Positions 28,201 to 37,661 of a stretch of 64,000 nucleotides of DNA are shown in pieces; positions within the stretch are counted from its first letter, which is position 1; each line of letters starts with the position of its first letter. The stretch lies in IMG/VR virus record IMGVR_UViG_3300042453_002197, positions 4,723-68,722 of that record. The stretch is one strand, 5' to 3'. A program made the translations under genes and the position numbers. The DNA is from a virus. Below the pieces are notes generated by a model. That model worked only from the letters and a program-made list of their open reading frames with translations. It had not been told where the DNA came from and ran no database searches.

Positions 28201-28572
28201 GTTTACACTACCGTTTAAAGCTGAAAGATCAACGTTTGCTCGTTGAACGTACATTGTATTGCTTACGTCCAGACTGCTGTAAGCAGCCATTAATCCATAT
28301 TCATTTTGTTCATCACCGTTGATTGAAGAGCCACCAGCAGTTGTTTTAAAGATTGGATCTCCAAAAGTCGTTGCTAAATCACGCTGACTAGTAATTGTCC
28401 ATATTTTTTCAGCATTTGCTGCTGTTGTTCCCGCTGCAACTCCTGTGCCACCCGGTGTTGCTTTATTTTGCGCGGTGGCTAGTAATACATACGCAACAGT
28501 TCCTACTGATGTTGGTGAATAATTGCTTTGATCTATTACAGTAACTTGTACGCCTGGGCTGATTAATGCCAT
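25258..28572 (-). CDS. contractile tail sheath protein (gp18-like), enlarged
   Basis: LISPGVQV, PWLAPAG..RG, LY.N.INP, GQKT, LDRINVARL, FEPND..TR. Confidence 0.95.
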   Translation of the reverse strand: MALISPGVQVTVIDQSNYSPTSVGTVAYVLLATAQNKATPGGTGVAAGTTAANAEKIWTITSQRDLATTFGDPIFKTTAGGSSINGDEQNEYGLMAAYSSLDVSNTMYVQRANVDLSALNGSVNRPLANPSNGSLWLDVASSNFGIYEWNYSTNQFTLKSPIVITSVSNLAGDSFTPNVDLGSIGEYAVNTYDENNPVFYKAYNNTWQLVGNTGWQLSIPAVTGNVTSPVIVSNANIDINGTTIALNAGANVVTVAGLINSAVGPGGLTGIFARVANNQLVISANIGAIGSNVNISNATGTALSTLGITAGVYPAAATTFSPYNTVPTWQGQSSPAASKPTGSVWQKVSSLGSGVNMVVKEFNSSSQTWNQLVVNSYANVFAASYNLDPTGGGINVTQGTVFNQYNSYGNNTVASYLWRKKTAGQTVATGSTTTPTNPGVSSSFTLTTRPSPTSANTTTYTVTITTGTVAGFIQAIAATDIPYVSAGLASTGAVTLTHSLGGDMQLVDGAGTPLANVGINTSATNVYATPTLGDSALIATNWQPLENVTYTASISQPFVAPTNDSLWYYNTPNRVDIMINNGSAWVGYQTLTSDIRGYNLSLTNPNGVIISTTAPTKQDNGVDNLVYGDLWLDTSDLENYPKLYRYQSVNAIDQWVSIDNNDVISQNGILFADARWAPNGGVDPALDPIPTIKSMLTSSYVDLDAPSPLLYPRGMLLFNTRASAYNVKEYKTNYFISANYPGAAAYNPSSPTDITRLPLYSSAWVTSGGFQLNSGTPNFGRKAPRGIVVAALKAAIDGSEVIREDGYGFNLMTCPGYPELIPNMIALNNARENTAFIIGDTPLRLQGDGTSLVAWAQNQNNATSTGEDGLVTVDPYVGIYYPQGQTNDLSGNTIVVPASHAALRTLIRSDNVGYPWLAPAGTRRGLIDNLNAIGYITENSGQFVSIGVNQGLRDVLYENNINPLTFLPGSGLVVYGQKTLSAAPSALDRINVARLVNYLRKQLNNLARPFLFEPNDPITRNAILAVVNSLLTDLVAKRGITDYLAVCDTTNNTPQRIANNELYVDVAIQPTKDVEFIYIPIRLKNPGEIQSGNLASAAPVGAGA

Positions 28573-28665
28573 GGTTTATTCCTCATAAGACTAATAAACT
28601 TATTTATCGTTTATGAGAAATTATAGCGGCTTGACGATCATATCTCCGTTAAAAATAGCATATTA

Positions 28666-29268
28666 TTATGCTAGCTCATCTATACATTTTAGAAATTCTT
28701 CAACAGTGGTATTATTGTCTATAACACTATCGAATTGAATAGACGCCCAACTATACTCGCTGGCATGCACTTGTGGGTACAAAATTTTCATTTTTTCTGG
28801 ACAGATTCTAGCAATGCTACACCATTTTGGATCATCACCTCTCGCAACTCTGAATATTTTAGCTCCTAAATTTCGTAGCATGGCTGCTTCATTAGGAAAT
28901 CTACAATCACTTATGACGACATTACAATTTAAATCTAGTATCTTTTTTTCTAAACTATAAATCCAAATAGCATCATTGAAATGATTTCTAAATAAATCTG
29001 TTGCGATATACTGCATTGCCATTCTTGGAGTAAAGTTGGCAATTTGCAATTTTTCAGACCAATAACGATCAACGGTTTCTCGCCATTCTCTGCCTTCTGA
29101 TGTATTACCCTCTAATAAATTTCTATCCCAATGAAAGATTACCGATAAACAATCTTTTACCGATGCAGCGAAGCTTAAACCTACATAATTATGATTATTA
29201 ATCAGATGATCGGCAGCAGTACCTTTGCCACTACCGATAAGTCCAGCAAAACCTATTATTTTACGCAT
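28666..29268 (-). CDS. deoxynucleoside monophosphate kinase (gp1-like)
   Basis: GLIGSGKGT, SFA..VK, PR..MQ, ISDCRFPNE, HASE. Confidence 0.92.
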   Translation of the reverse strand: MRKIIGFAGLIGSGKGTAADHLINNHNYVGLSFAASVKDCLSVIFHWDRNLLEGNTSEGREWRETVDRYWSEKLQIANFTPRMAMQYIATDLFRNHFNDAIWIYSLEKKILDLNCNVVISDCRFPNEAAMLRNLGAKIFRVARGDDPKWCSIARICPEKMKILYPQVHASEYSWASIQFDSVIDNNTTVEEFLKCIDELA

Positions 29269-30425
29269 TAACCTATCACCCATGTCAATGGTTGTGAGCC
29301 ATCAACATAGTTCTTTAACTCCTCTTCTAGTTTTTCCATTTCTGCTTGCGATTCTTGCATCAATGCTGCACCATTAAGTTGTCCACCACCCTGTGGTCCA
29401 GCAATGCTGGAATGTTTACCACGTGCCTGACCCAAAATACTTTTTACGAAAGCCAAGGCATACTCTTGTAACCAAGGATAAACCTGTGGATCACTCAATA
29501 ATACACTATCAGGCTTATGATTGTAAATCCATAACAATACACTTTCACTACTGGCAATGCCATCTACCTCTGGGCTCCATATTTTAGTAGAACTTAAATT
29601 GAAGCCAGTAACACTAGTAGCACCTAAACTCTGATTGGCAGTTATAGTAATAATTGTTCCTGTGCTATCGACAGAATTAACAATGTATTGGCCACTATAA
29701 CCTGACACTGGACAATTTTCTATGTACAAACTGTTATTTGCCGCTATAGTTATAGGATTATTCAATCTAATTGTTATAACAGAATTTGTTGTTGTTCCTG
29801 CACTAGTCAAACTATTAATCGAGAAATATGTATGTCCATAGTCTGGCATCTTACGAACTAATGTAAGTTTTTTGGTGACACGATTGAATACGAAATTCAT
29901 GTAGCCACCAAACATAGTCATAGCTAGTTCTTGATACTGGGTGAACAGTTCATAATTCAACAAGCCACCAACTCTACCAGCAACCAACATATAGGTATTG
30001 AGATATCCACTAGCGAATGGTTCAAACTGACTGGCTGTGGTACCTGTTGTGCTGCCTATACCTCTTCTGAATATCTGTCTGACATCCATGATGTAGTTAG
30101 GCAATATATATTCTTGAACTTCTGGCAATAAGTCCAAAAATGCATAACTTTCCTCTACCGCGTTGGCTGCTTTTTGACGGTACTTGATCAGAGCTTGTTT
30201 AATTGCCAAATCATAATGTTCTTTGTCTAATTCAACGTCAACAATCTGATCCGCTAAACGCAGTCGCATGTAATCAACCATCTCATTGCGTAGTTGATTT
30301 AACGTTTGAATATTACCTGCCGCGTCAATAGCACTAGACTGACTGATAGGCCCAGGCCCACCAAGATTCTGTGTTCTTAGTGATAAATCATTTTGTAAAT
30401 TTGGTTGTATGGTTACTGTGGTCAT
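29268..30425 (-). CDS. neck protein (gp13-like) with inserted beta-rich domain
   Basis: LRL...VDVEL, WLQEY.LA..K..LG..R.K...GPQGG..LNG. Confidence 0.85.
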   Translation of the reverse strand: MTTVTIQPNLQNDLSLRTQNLGGPGPISQSSAIDAAGNIQTLNQLRNEMVDYMRLRLADQIVDVELDKEHYDLAIKQALIKYRQKAANAVEESYAFLDLLPEVQEYILPNYIMDVRQIFRRGIGSTTGTTASQFEPFASGYLNTYMLVAGRVGGLLNYELFTQYQELAMTMFGGYMNFVFNRVTKKLTLVRKMPDYGHTYFSINSLTSAGTTTNSVITIRLNNPITIAANNSLYIENCPVSGYSGQYIVNSVDSTGTIITITANQSLGATSVTGFNLSSTKIWSPEVDGIASSESVLLWIYNHKPDSVLLSDPQVYPWLQEYALAFVKSILGQARGKHSSIAGPQGGGQLNGAALMQESQAEMEKLEEELKNYVDGSQPLTWVIG

Positions 30426-30465
30426 AAAAAAATCCCGATAACAATATTTATGTCATCGGGATTTT
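30426..30465 (-). terminator. terminator hairpin with a TAAATA element in its loop
   Basis: AAAATCCCGAT/ATCGGGATTTT stem plus T run directly before the gp13 ATG. Confidence 0.65.
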
Positions 30466-30469
30466 AATA

Positions 30470-31639
30470 TCAAGATACCTTTAGCAGAAGAATATCAGCG
30501 TTAATTCTTCCATTCATCCTACTTTCAACTGCTTTGATTTCTGTCAGAAATTTTCGCAATTGGACTTTGCCAGCTTTGGCAAATTCTTTAAGCTTTTCTT
30601 CAGGCTTACGAATCGTTTTGTTTACACTCTTAGATTCATCGAAGTTTTCGATTGAACTTCCCTTGATACTCAGAGTTTTAAACTCTTGTGCCACATATTT
30701 GCCAAGTTTTCTAGTTTTTGAGTTATAAACCCACAATTCCGTAGCGCCGATAATATCGGTAGGATTAATACTGACGATCTTTAGTTCCTTGTTTTCCGCA
30801 GCATACTTCAACTTAGAAATAAGCTTCATTTTGCTTGGAACTTTTTTGGTCCTTGCTTTCTTTGTAGCCTGTTTTACACCACGATACTGTCCAATCGCGG
30901 CAAGAAGATTGTCAATCCAGACAATAATCCTCTTAAAATCCGTTGCTTTGTAATGCTTATATGCTTCTGTCAATTGAGCATCTTGCTTAGATTGTGCTGC
31001 AATCAGTTCATCACGCTTTCGCTCAAAAACACGTTCATACTTGGTAAGTTGTGCTTGAGGCACATTTCTTGCCACAAAAAAATCGTGCGGCTTAAATTCT
31101 GCCTTAACGTTTTGCACCACGTTATCAAACTGACCTTCAAGGTCGCCGATATTTTCTGAAGTTTTTTCAGCCAGGCGATCCTGAATAGAAACTTTAACTA
31201 CTGGCTCCTGTACTTGTTCTTCGTCTGACTCGTTGGAATCATCCCGATGCTTTGTAAGCAAAGTTTTCACTGTAGAACTAAGAAATTCTACATGACGTTC
31301 TTTCAGAGGCATGCCAACATTGTGTGCCATAATAAGACTACACGCGGTCATTGGCACATGCTTGTCAGAAATCTTGTCAAAAGACTTACTTTCCTCCTTC
31401 GAGAAGGCACCACACTTCTTAACCCAGTCGTTAAGATGCTTTCGACTAGATTTAACGGTGTAGTAATAATTGTAGTAATAGAAGGATCTACGGAGATGAG
31501 AATCAAACTTGTCATCTTCCCAGTTGATAGCATCACTGGTCCACTGGGGTTCAGAACCCGTGTACTTTTCGTCAAAAAATGCAGGATTTTTTGACTTAGG
31601 AGTCTTGGATTTTACTTTAATACCAGCAACAACTGCCAT
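30470..31639 (-). CDS. hypothetical basic protein (probably early)
   Basis: 389-aa ORF with AAAGG RBS and own sigma70 promoter. Confidence 0.8.
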   Translation of the reverse strand: MAVVAGIKVKSKTPKSKNPAFFDEKYTGSEPQWTSDAINWEDDKFDSHLRRSFYYYNYYYTVKSSRKHLNDWVKKCGAFSKEESKSFDKISDKHVPMTACSLIMAHNVGMPLKERHVEFLSSTVKTLLTKHRDDSNESDEEQVQEPVVKVSIQDRLAEKTSENIGDLEGQFDNVVQNVKAEFKPHDFFVARNVPQAQLTKYERVFERKRDELIAAQSKQDAQLTEAYKHYKATDFKRIIVWIDNLLAAIGQYRGVKQATKKARTKKVPSKMKLISKLKYAAENKELKIVSINPTDIIGATELWVYNSKTRKLGKYVAQEFKTLSIKGSSIENFDESKSVNKTIRKPEEKLKEFAKAGKVQLRKFLTEIKAVESRMNGRINADILLLKVS

Positions 31640-31669
31640 GGATTAACCTTTCCTAACGAAGAAGTACAT

Positions 31670-31698
31670 ATCTTAACGCATGTCATAATTTTTGTCAA
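31670..31698 (-). promoter_or_regulatory. sigma70-type early promoter
   Basis: TTGACA-17 nt-TAAGAT. Confidence 0.65.
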
Positions 31699-31738
31699 CA
31701 CATTTTTCATAAATACAACAGACTCAAGGATACAAATC

Positions 31739-33121
31739 GTGCCACGTTTATCACTTTGGAAAAATGGACAACATACCAACGACTACAATTTTTTTGATAA
31801 AGTAATATCAGAACAATTTACGATAGGTGGTACTGGTGTTCTACTACACAAATATTTAGGTCCAATAAATCAATCTAATACTTATACCACAACTACCACA
31901 GTCAGTAGTGGAAATACATTATTTTTAAGTAATGTAGCTTCATTAGAAGTCGGTCAAACAGTAAATGGCGCAGGTATTAATGCAAATACAGTAATATTCA
32001 GTACAAACGTATCAGCAAATTCTATTACATTAACATCCAACGTCACAAGCACCGTATCTTCTGGCCAATCTTTAAATATCTTTTGGAAAGACGCTAGTAA
32101 ACCAAACTATTTAAATCAAAGTGCAACGAACATTCAAGATTTATTATTCCTAGAAAACAGAGACAGAAAATATGATACTAGTGTTTATACATTAAGGGGC
32201 ATTTACACTGTTACCGACAATGATTTTAATTTAAGTCAGTTTGGCATTTTTATGAGTGCCGACACAATATACATGACTTTTCATTTAACAGATACAGTTG
32301 CCTATCTTGGCAGAAAAATAATGGCCGGTGATGTTATTGAACTACAACATAAAAAAGATTTTTATCCGCTGGATAATAGTATTCCAAACATATTAAAACG
32401 CTATTATGTCGTAGAAGAAGTAACATTTGCTGCTGAGGGATTCAGCCAAACTTGGTGGCCTCATCTATCGCGTGTCAAACTAAACCCATTAGTAGATAGT
32501 CAAGAATATAAAGACATATTAAATCAAATATCAAATCAAAAACTTAACGGAAATTCTACGCCGTTTAGCAATTATCTAAGCACGTTAGACAAATTCCTAG
32601 AAATAAACGATGCTATTATCGAACAGGCAGAAATAGATGTAGTAAAAAGTGGTACGAATGTTGATGAGCTATACGTTCTGCCATTGAACCCTGATGGTTC
32701 ACCAGGTGATCCAACAGGAATACAGGCAAATAATATGAATCTAAGAGTAAATTCAACTAGAAACTTCGCAGCGGTTGCCGCAACCACACCCGATACAAAT
32801 ATACCAGCATACTTGGGCGGTGATGGTGCTGCACCGAATGGCTGGCCGGTTGGTGTTGGTACATCGTTCCCTACAAACCCAGAAATAGGAGACTATTTTT
32901 TAAGAACAGACTATGTACCTAATCGACTGTTTAGATATGATGGCACTAGATGGACAAAAATCGAGGATAGTGTACGTACAAATCTCACACCTGGTCCAAA
33001 TAATAAAACACAACGTAGTATATTCGTAAATAACACTGATACTTACGTTGATGACAGTGGACAAACATTACCATCGAGACAAAGCCTAAGCAAAGCTTTA
33101 ACACCTAAGGCAGACAGTTAA
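31739..33121 (+). CDS. neck/head-closure protein (gp14-like)
   Basis: LSQFG.F...GDVIEL pattern; lies between gp13 and gp15; TAAATA and AAGGA upstream of GTG. Confidence 0.65.
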   Translation: MPRLSLWKNGQHTNDYNFFDKVISEQFTIGGTGVLLHKYLGPINQSNTYTTTTTVSSGNTLFLSNVASLEVGQTVNGAGINANTVIFSTNVSANSITLTSNVTSTVSSGQSLNIFWKDASKPNYLNQSATNIQDLLFLENRDRKYDTSVYTLRGIYTVTDNDFNLSQFGIFMSADTIYMTFHLTDTVAYLGRKIMAGDVIELQHKKDFYPLDNSIPNILKRYYVVEEVTFAAEGFSQTWWPHLSRVKLNPLVDSQEYKDILNQISNQKLNGNSTPFSNYLSTLDKFLEINDAIIEQAEIDVVKSGTNVDELYVLPLNPDGSPGDPTGIQANNMNLRVNSTRNFAAVAATTPDTNIPAYLGGDGAAPNGWPVGVGTSFPTNPEIGDYFLRTDYVPNRLFRYDGTRWTKIEDSVRTNLTPGPNNKTQRSIFVNNTDTYVDDSGQTLPSRQSLSKALTPKADS

Positions 33122-33123
33122 TC

Positions 33124-34740
33124 ATGCAATTACAGCAATTTTTTTATGACCAACAAATACGCCGCTATATCATTCAATTTATAAGAATGATAAGCAATTT
33201 TCAGGTACAGTTTGGCAAGGACAGAAATGGTATTATTGCACTTCAACGTGTACCCGTCATATATGGAGATAGTAGTAGACAAGTAGCCAGTGTTATCCAA
33301 CAAAACAGCGAAAGTACATTAAATTCTACTCCTTGTATGGCAGTTTATATAAGCGATCTTTCATATGACCGTGAAAGAGTGCAGAACCCAACCTATGTTG
33401 GCAAATTAAATGTACGTGAAAGATACTTCAATCCAGCGACCGGTAATTATTCAACAACTCAAGGTGATGTGTTAACAGTAGAAAGATTAATGCCTGTGCC
33501 ATATAAACTAACATTAAAATTAGATATATGGACTAGCAATACTGAACAAAAATTACAAATTATAGAACAAATCAGTACGCTATTTAATCCAGCTTTAGAA
33601 ATTCAATCTACTGATAACTATATTGATTGGACCAGTATTACCTACGTTTTATTAACACAAACTAATTGGAGTTCAAGAACAATACCAGTCGGTACTGGCA
33701 TAGATATTGACATAGCAACCCTTACGTTCGAATTACCAATTTTCATTAGTGCTCCAGCATTAGTAAAAAAGCTAGGCGTTATACAAAAAATTATCGCAAA
33801 TGTTTTTGATGCTAACGGTAATTTAGATGACGCTATTTACAATGATGCAAATCTACTAAGCAAACAATATATTACTCCATTACAGTATGGTGTAATACTA
33901 CTTGATAATCAACTTAGATTAGTTGCAAGTAATCAATCAGTTGATGACAAATTTGGTACTCAAATAGTGAAAGAATTGGCAGGGAATATATCGGCAAATA
34001 CTACCGTATACTTGACTGATGCAGATGGTATTAAACCGTCAATGATTGTGAGTAATTTAAGTATAACGAGTATAACATCCAATACAATTCAACCTGTATC
34101 GAATTGTGCTGTTATTTCAGTAAGTGGTGACACTGTAATTACCAGTAACGTCATCACTGGTAATATAGGTGATAAGATAGTATTTACCGATTTTACTAGA
34201 AAAAATGGCGCTGACGAACCTTGGCGTAATATTGTAAACATTTATGGCAATTTAGTTAATGGATCAAGTACTGTTAAATTGGAACTGGAAGATGAAACTT
34301 TAATTGTTGGGACAGTCGCATACAGTCCGATAGATGATACCGTATTATTATGGTCGCCTGATATTGATTCTTTACCCACAAACACGCTACCACCAATAAA
34401 TGCAATTATAGATCCTGTGGCTAGTCGTCCCAATTATTCACTTCAGGATCTTGCAGTAGGCACACGTTATCTTTTAGTTAATGATTATGTACTTGATTCG
34501 AATGTAGTACCGTACTATAATTGGACAGGTATAGACGATACACCATTAGAGGCATATAAAAATGACATTATAGAATTTACAGGCCAACACTGGGCAGTTG
34601 TTTTTGATAGTAGAAATGAAATTGTGGCACAGTATGTAACAAATTTAACAACTGGTATACAGTACAAATGGGATGCTACTAAATGGACTAAGAGTTATGA
34701 GGGATATTATCCAGCAGGAAAATGGCAATTAATAATATAA
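33124..34740 (+). CDS. tail terminator/sheath stabiliser (gp15-like) with C-terminal extension
   Basis: FFYD.QIRRY..QF, VP..YG, PVPY.L...L.IW, QIIEQI..LFNP. Confidence 0.85.
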   Translation: MQLQQFFYDQQIRRYIIQFIRMISNFQVQFGKDRNGIIALQRVPVIYGDSSRQVASVIQQNSESTLNSTPCMAVYISDLSYDRERVQNPTYVGKLNVRERYFNPATGNYSTTQGDVLTVERLMPVPYKLTLKLDIWTSNTEQKLQIIEQISTLFNPALEIQSTDNYIDWTSITYVLLTQTNWSSRTIPVGTGIDIDIATLTFELPIFISAPALVKKLGVIQKIIANVFDANGNLDDAIYNDANLLSKQYITPLQYGVILLDNQLRLVASNQSVDDKFGTQIVKELAGNISANTTVYLTDADGIKPSMIVSNLSITSITSNTIQPVSNCAVISVSGDTVITSNVITGNIGDKIVFTDFTRKNGADEPWRNIVNIYGNLVNGSSTVKLELEDETLIVGTVAYSPIDDTVLLWSPDIDSLPTNTLPPINAIIDPVASRPNYSLQDLAVGTRYLLVNDYVLDSNVVPYYNWTGIDDTPLEAYKNDIIEFTGQHWAVVFDSRNEIVAQYVTNLTTGIQYKWDATKWTKSYEGYYPAGKWQLII

Positions 34741-35159
34741 AACGCGGTTGTGGTGCTCTAATTTATGCACATTCTTCACGTAGATATTTGTTCTTGTTAA
34801 GAAATTCGGGTAAATTTCCAAATACATGGGGACTAGTTGGTGGTAAAATAGAAGCAGATGAATCTATTCAAAATGGTTTAATTAGAGAAATTAGTGAGGA
34901 GTTAGGAGGACATGTAGCCGATGCCAAGATAATTCCAATAGATCAATATACCAGTGATAGTGGTATTTTTGTGTATCACACATTCTTGATTCAAGTAGAC
35001 GAAGAATTTATACCTTACTTAAATCAAGAACATAAAGGCTATTGCTGGGTTACATTGGAAGTTTTACCTAAACCACTACACCCAGGCTTAGAAAAAACTC
35101 TAACATCAGCCAGGGTCAAAGAAAAATTACATACACTTGAAAAAATTAAAAATAATTAA
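34722..35159 (+). CDS. NUDIX hydrolase
   Basis: GGKIEADES...GLIREISEELG Nudix box. Confidence 0.9.
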   Translation: MAINNIKRGCGALIYAHSSRRYLFLLRNSGKFPNTWGLVGGKIEADESIQNGLIREISEELGGHVADAKIIPIDQYTSDSGIFVYHTFLIQVDEEFIPYLNQEHKGYCWVTLEVLPKPLHPGLEKTLTSARVKEKLHTLEKIKNN

Positions 35160-35161
35160 TT

Positions 35162-35692
35162 TCAATATTTGTTAAAAAATAACTGAATACTTAATCTAGG
35201 GAATTCAGCATCTAAAGTTATCATTGATGTTGCATGATATATAGGTGGTCTAAACCAAACCATACTGTTTTCATGTGGATATACCCAACCTTGTCCAGTA
35301 TCTGGGTCATCATACAAAAATAATCCGCCCCAATTCCAGTTCCATCGTTCATTGATATATATGGTACTACTTAATCTAGGATTACCACCAGAAGCACTAT
35401 CATCGTGATGAAAATTTATTTGTGAGCCTGGTAGCCATATGTGCATGAAACAAGTTAAATTTCTATACTCTGCGAAATCTGGATGTACAGATTTATATTT
35501 TTCTAGAAAATATCCTTTATACTCTTCCAACGGTAGAATCAAAACTGGACCATATGATCCGCTTTCTAATCCTGCGCCCCATCTTCCCATATTGTTTACT
35601 TCAAATGACGGTGTGCCACGTGCATTTTGAAATTTTTGACGTAATGCAGTAAGCGTTTCGCCATCTAAAAAGTTTGCTACTCTATTGATCAT
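35162..35692 (-). CDS. prolyl-hydroxylase-like Fe/2OG oxygenase
   Basis: FHHD, TIYIN..W...WGG.F, HAT, R.SIQ. Confidence 0.85.
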   Translation of the reverse strand: MINRVANFLDGETLTALRQKFQNARGTPSFEVNNMGRWGAGLESGSYGPVLILPLEEYKGYFLEKYKSVHPDFAEYRNLTCFMHIWLPGSQINFHHDDSASGGNPRLSSTIYINERWNWNWGGLFLYDDPDTGQGWVYPHENSMVWFRPPIYHATSMITLDAEFPRLSIQLFFNKY

Positions 35693-35693
35693 T

Positions 35694-36242
35694 TTAAAAT
35701 TCTGTTGTTAAGAAAAACAATTGAAAAAGTCTACCAGTATTTAAATCTGAACCAAAGTAGTCTAGACTTGTATGAAACATTTCACTTCGATATAACACCA
35801 ATCTATTGTATCTATTAGCTATTATGTCACACAGTTCCCATTTGGTCATGTCCTGTGATTCGTATTCAGACAGTTGACTTGCTATAGTTGCCCCAGTTTT
35901 TTTATACTGATAAATTCCAGTGCCGCCACTCAGAGGTGCATCCGGAGTTAAATAAAGCACACCTGCCCACGTGTTATAATGATCAGTATGAATCCAACTA
36001 CGATCACGGGAGGTTGCTAATTCAAATGACCCTGTTAACCCGTCTATCTCATTCCAATTTGTTATTAGCCCACCGGCATTCATTAATAAATTTTGTATAG
36101 TAAGTTTAGTATCTTCGGTAAGAAAACTCCTAGTACGTAAACCAGGATATTTGTAGTTTTTAAATTCTTGTTGTAATATGTAACTTCTTACACCATCAGG
36201 ATTACTATAAAAATTATCTGTAATAATTACGTTTGTTTTCAT
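35694..36242 (-). CDS. Fe/2OG oxygenase-like protein (DUF6445-like), paralog 2
   Basis: DNFY.NPD, YPG.R, WIHTD, VLYLTP, NRYNRLVLY, H, RLFQ. Confidence 0.75.
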   Translation of the reverse strand: MKTNVIITDNFYSNPDGVRSYILQQEFKNYKYPGLRTRSFLTEDTKLTIQNLLMNAGGLITNWNEIDGLTGSFELATSRDRSWIHTDHYNTWAGVLYLTPDAPLSGGTGIYQYKKTGATIASQLSEYESQDMTKWELCDIIANRYNRLVLYRSEMFHTSLDYFGSDLNTGRLFQLFFLTTEF

Positions 36243-36799
36243 TATATTTGAGTGTCAAAAAAGAATAATTGAAATAATCTACCGTCTTCGGGGGTACTAC
36301 CGAAATAATCATTACTCATATGAAATAAATCACCACGATACAACACTAGTCTATTGTATCTATTTGCAACAGTATCATATTTGTACCATTTTGTAACGTC
36401 AGAAGCATCATACGGCCTGTCGCCCATTTCACCGCTGGTGGTTGCACCATTTTCCTTATACATATAAAGCGAAGTGCCACCACTTAGTGGAGCATTAGGT
36501 GTCAAGTATAAAACTGCTGCCCACTTATTGAAGTGATCAGTATGTATCCAACTACGATCACTGGCATATGTTAGTTGATATGATCCAGTAAATCCGTCTG
36601 TATGAAACCAATTTGTAATTTCTTTTCCGTAATTCCAAATTATGGTTTGAATTGCCTCTTTTAAATCTGGGGTAAGAAAACTTTTCGTTCTTGATCCTGG
36701 GTAATTACCTTTGACATTAAAATCCTGCTTAAGTGCGAATTCTCTTACCATGTCGGGGTTACCCAAAAAATCGTCTACTATAATTAGATTTGTTCTCAT
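36242..36799 (-). CDS. Fe/2OG oxygenase-like protein (DUF6445-like), paralog 1
   Basis: Same motif set as the adjacent gene. Confidence 0.75.
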   Translation of the reverse strand: MRTNLIIVDDFLGNPDMVREFALKQDFNVKGNYPGSRTKSFLTPDLKEAIQTIIWNYGKEITNWFHTDGFTGSYQLTYASDRSWIHTDHFNKWAAVLYLTPNAPLSGGTSLYMYKENGATTSGEMGDRPYDASDVTKWYKYDTVANRYNRLVLYRGDLFHMSNDYFGSTPEDGRLFQLFFFDTQI

Positions 36800-36807
36800 A
36801 TTATTAT

Positions 36808-37647
36808 TTAATCTAAAATATGGGTCAGTAAGAAATTGTTATCATGATCCATATCAAAAAACTTGTCTGATACTATTTCTTCAACTCGTTGATACACTGT
36901 TTTACTCCAGTAAGGTCTTGACAATTCATAATTTTCTTCCATATATGGTTTTAATTCATCATAAACTGATGGATTTAAATTTAACATGATATCGTTAAAT
37001 TCTTCTATGTTATTGAATCTAATAATACCTTTTGGATTAAAATATTTTTCTATGTTGACACAACCATAATATATGGGTATTGTTTTAGTTTTAAAACAAT
37101 CAATTAATTTTTCAGTAAACATATTGTTCATAACTTGATTTTCACATGCCACATTAAATTTTGCATTCGTAAAAAATACATTCTTATCATCTATTCGTGG
37201 CGGACTTCTATGCCAGAACATATCAAAATTTGTAGGCTTGTGCTTTTCTAGCCAACGCATAATCATAAAACGAATATGATAATCATACCCATTAATCTTA
37301 CTACTCATTAAATAAGTAATTTGATTTTTCTTTTCTAAAACAATGTTATTATTTATCCATGATCCTATTGGGCAAAATTCCATAGCTTTTATATTAGGTA
37401 TGCTAAGTATTCGTTCATCATAAGCCAAAACTAAATCAAACTTACGATGATTTTCTTTTACCATATTATAAAAATCAACATATAGATTAGGTGGTTCACA
37501 CTGCATCAATATATTAATATCAGCATTAGGATCATGCACAATTGAATCCATCGTAACAGATATTCTCTTATCGAATTTTTTAGTAAATCTATGCTTATTA
37601 TCTAATCCATAAGCTGGAAAATAACCAATTTGATTAATTACATGCAT
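36808..37647 (-). CDS. GT10-like (fucosyltransferase-like) glycosyltransferase
   Basis: KFNVACEN......TEKL.DCF...TIPIYYG. Confidence 0.8.
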   Translation of the reverse strand: MHVINQIGYFPAYGLDNKHRFTKKFDKRISVTMDSIVHDPNADINILMQCEPPNLYVDFYNMVKENHRKFDLVLAYDERILSIPNIKAMEFCPIGSWINNNIVLEKKNQITYLMSSKINGYDYHIRFMIMRWLEKHKPTNFDMFWHRSPPRIDDKNVFFTNAKFNVACENQVMNNMFTEKLIDCFKTKTIPIYYGCVNIEKYFNPKGIIRFNNIEEFNDIMLNLNPSVYDELKPYMEENYELSRPYWSKTVYQRVEEIVSDKFFDMDHDNNFLLTHILD

Positions 37648-37661
37648 GTTCGAATCTCTTT

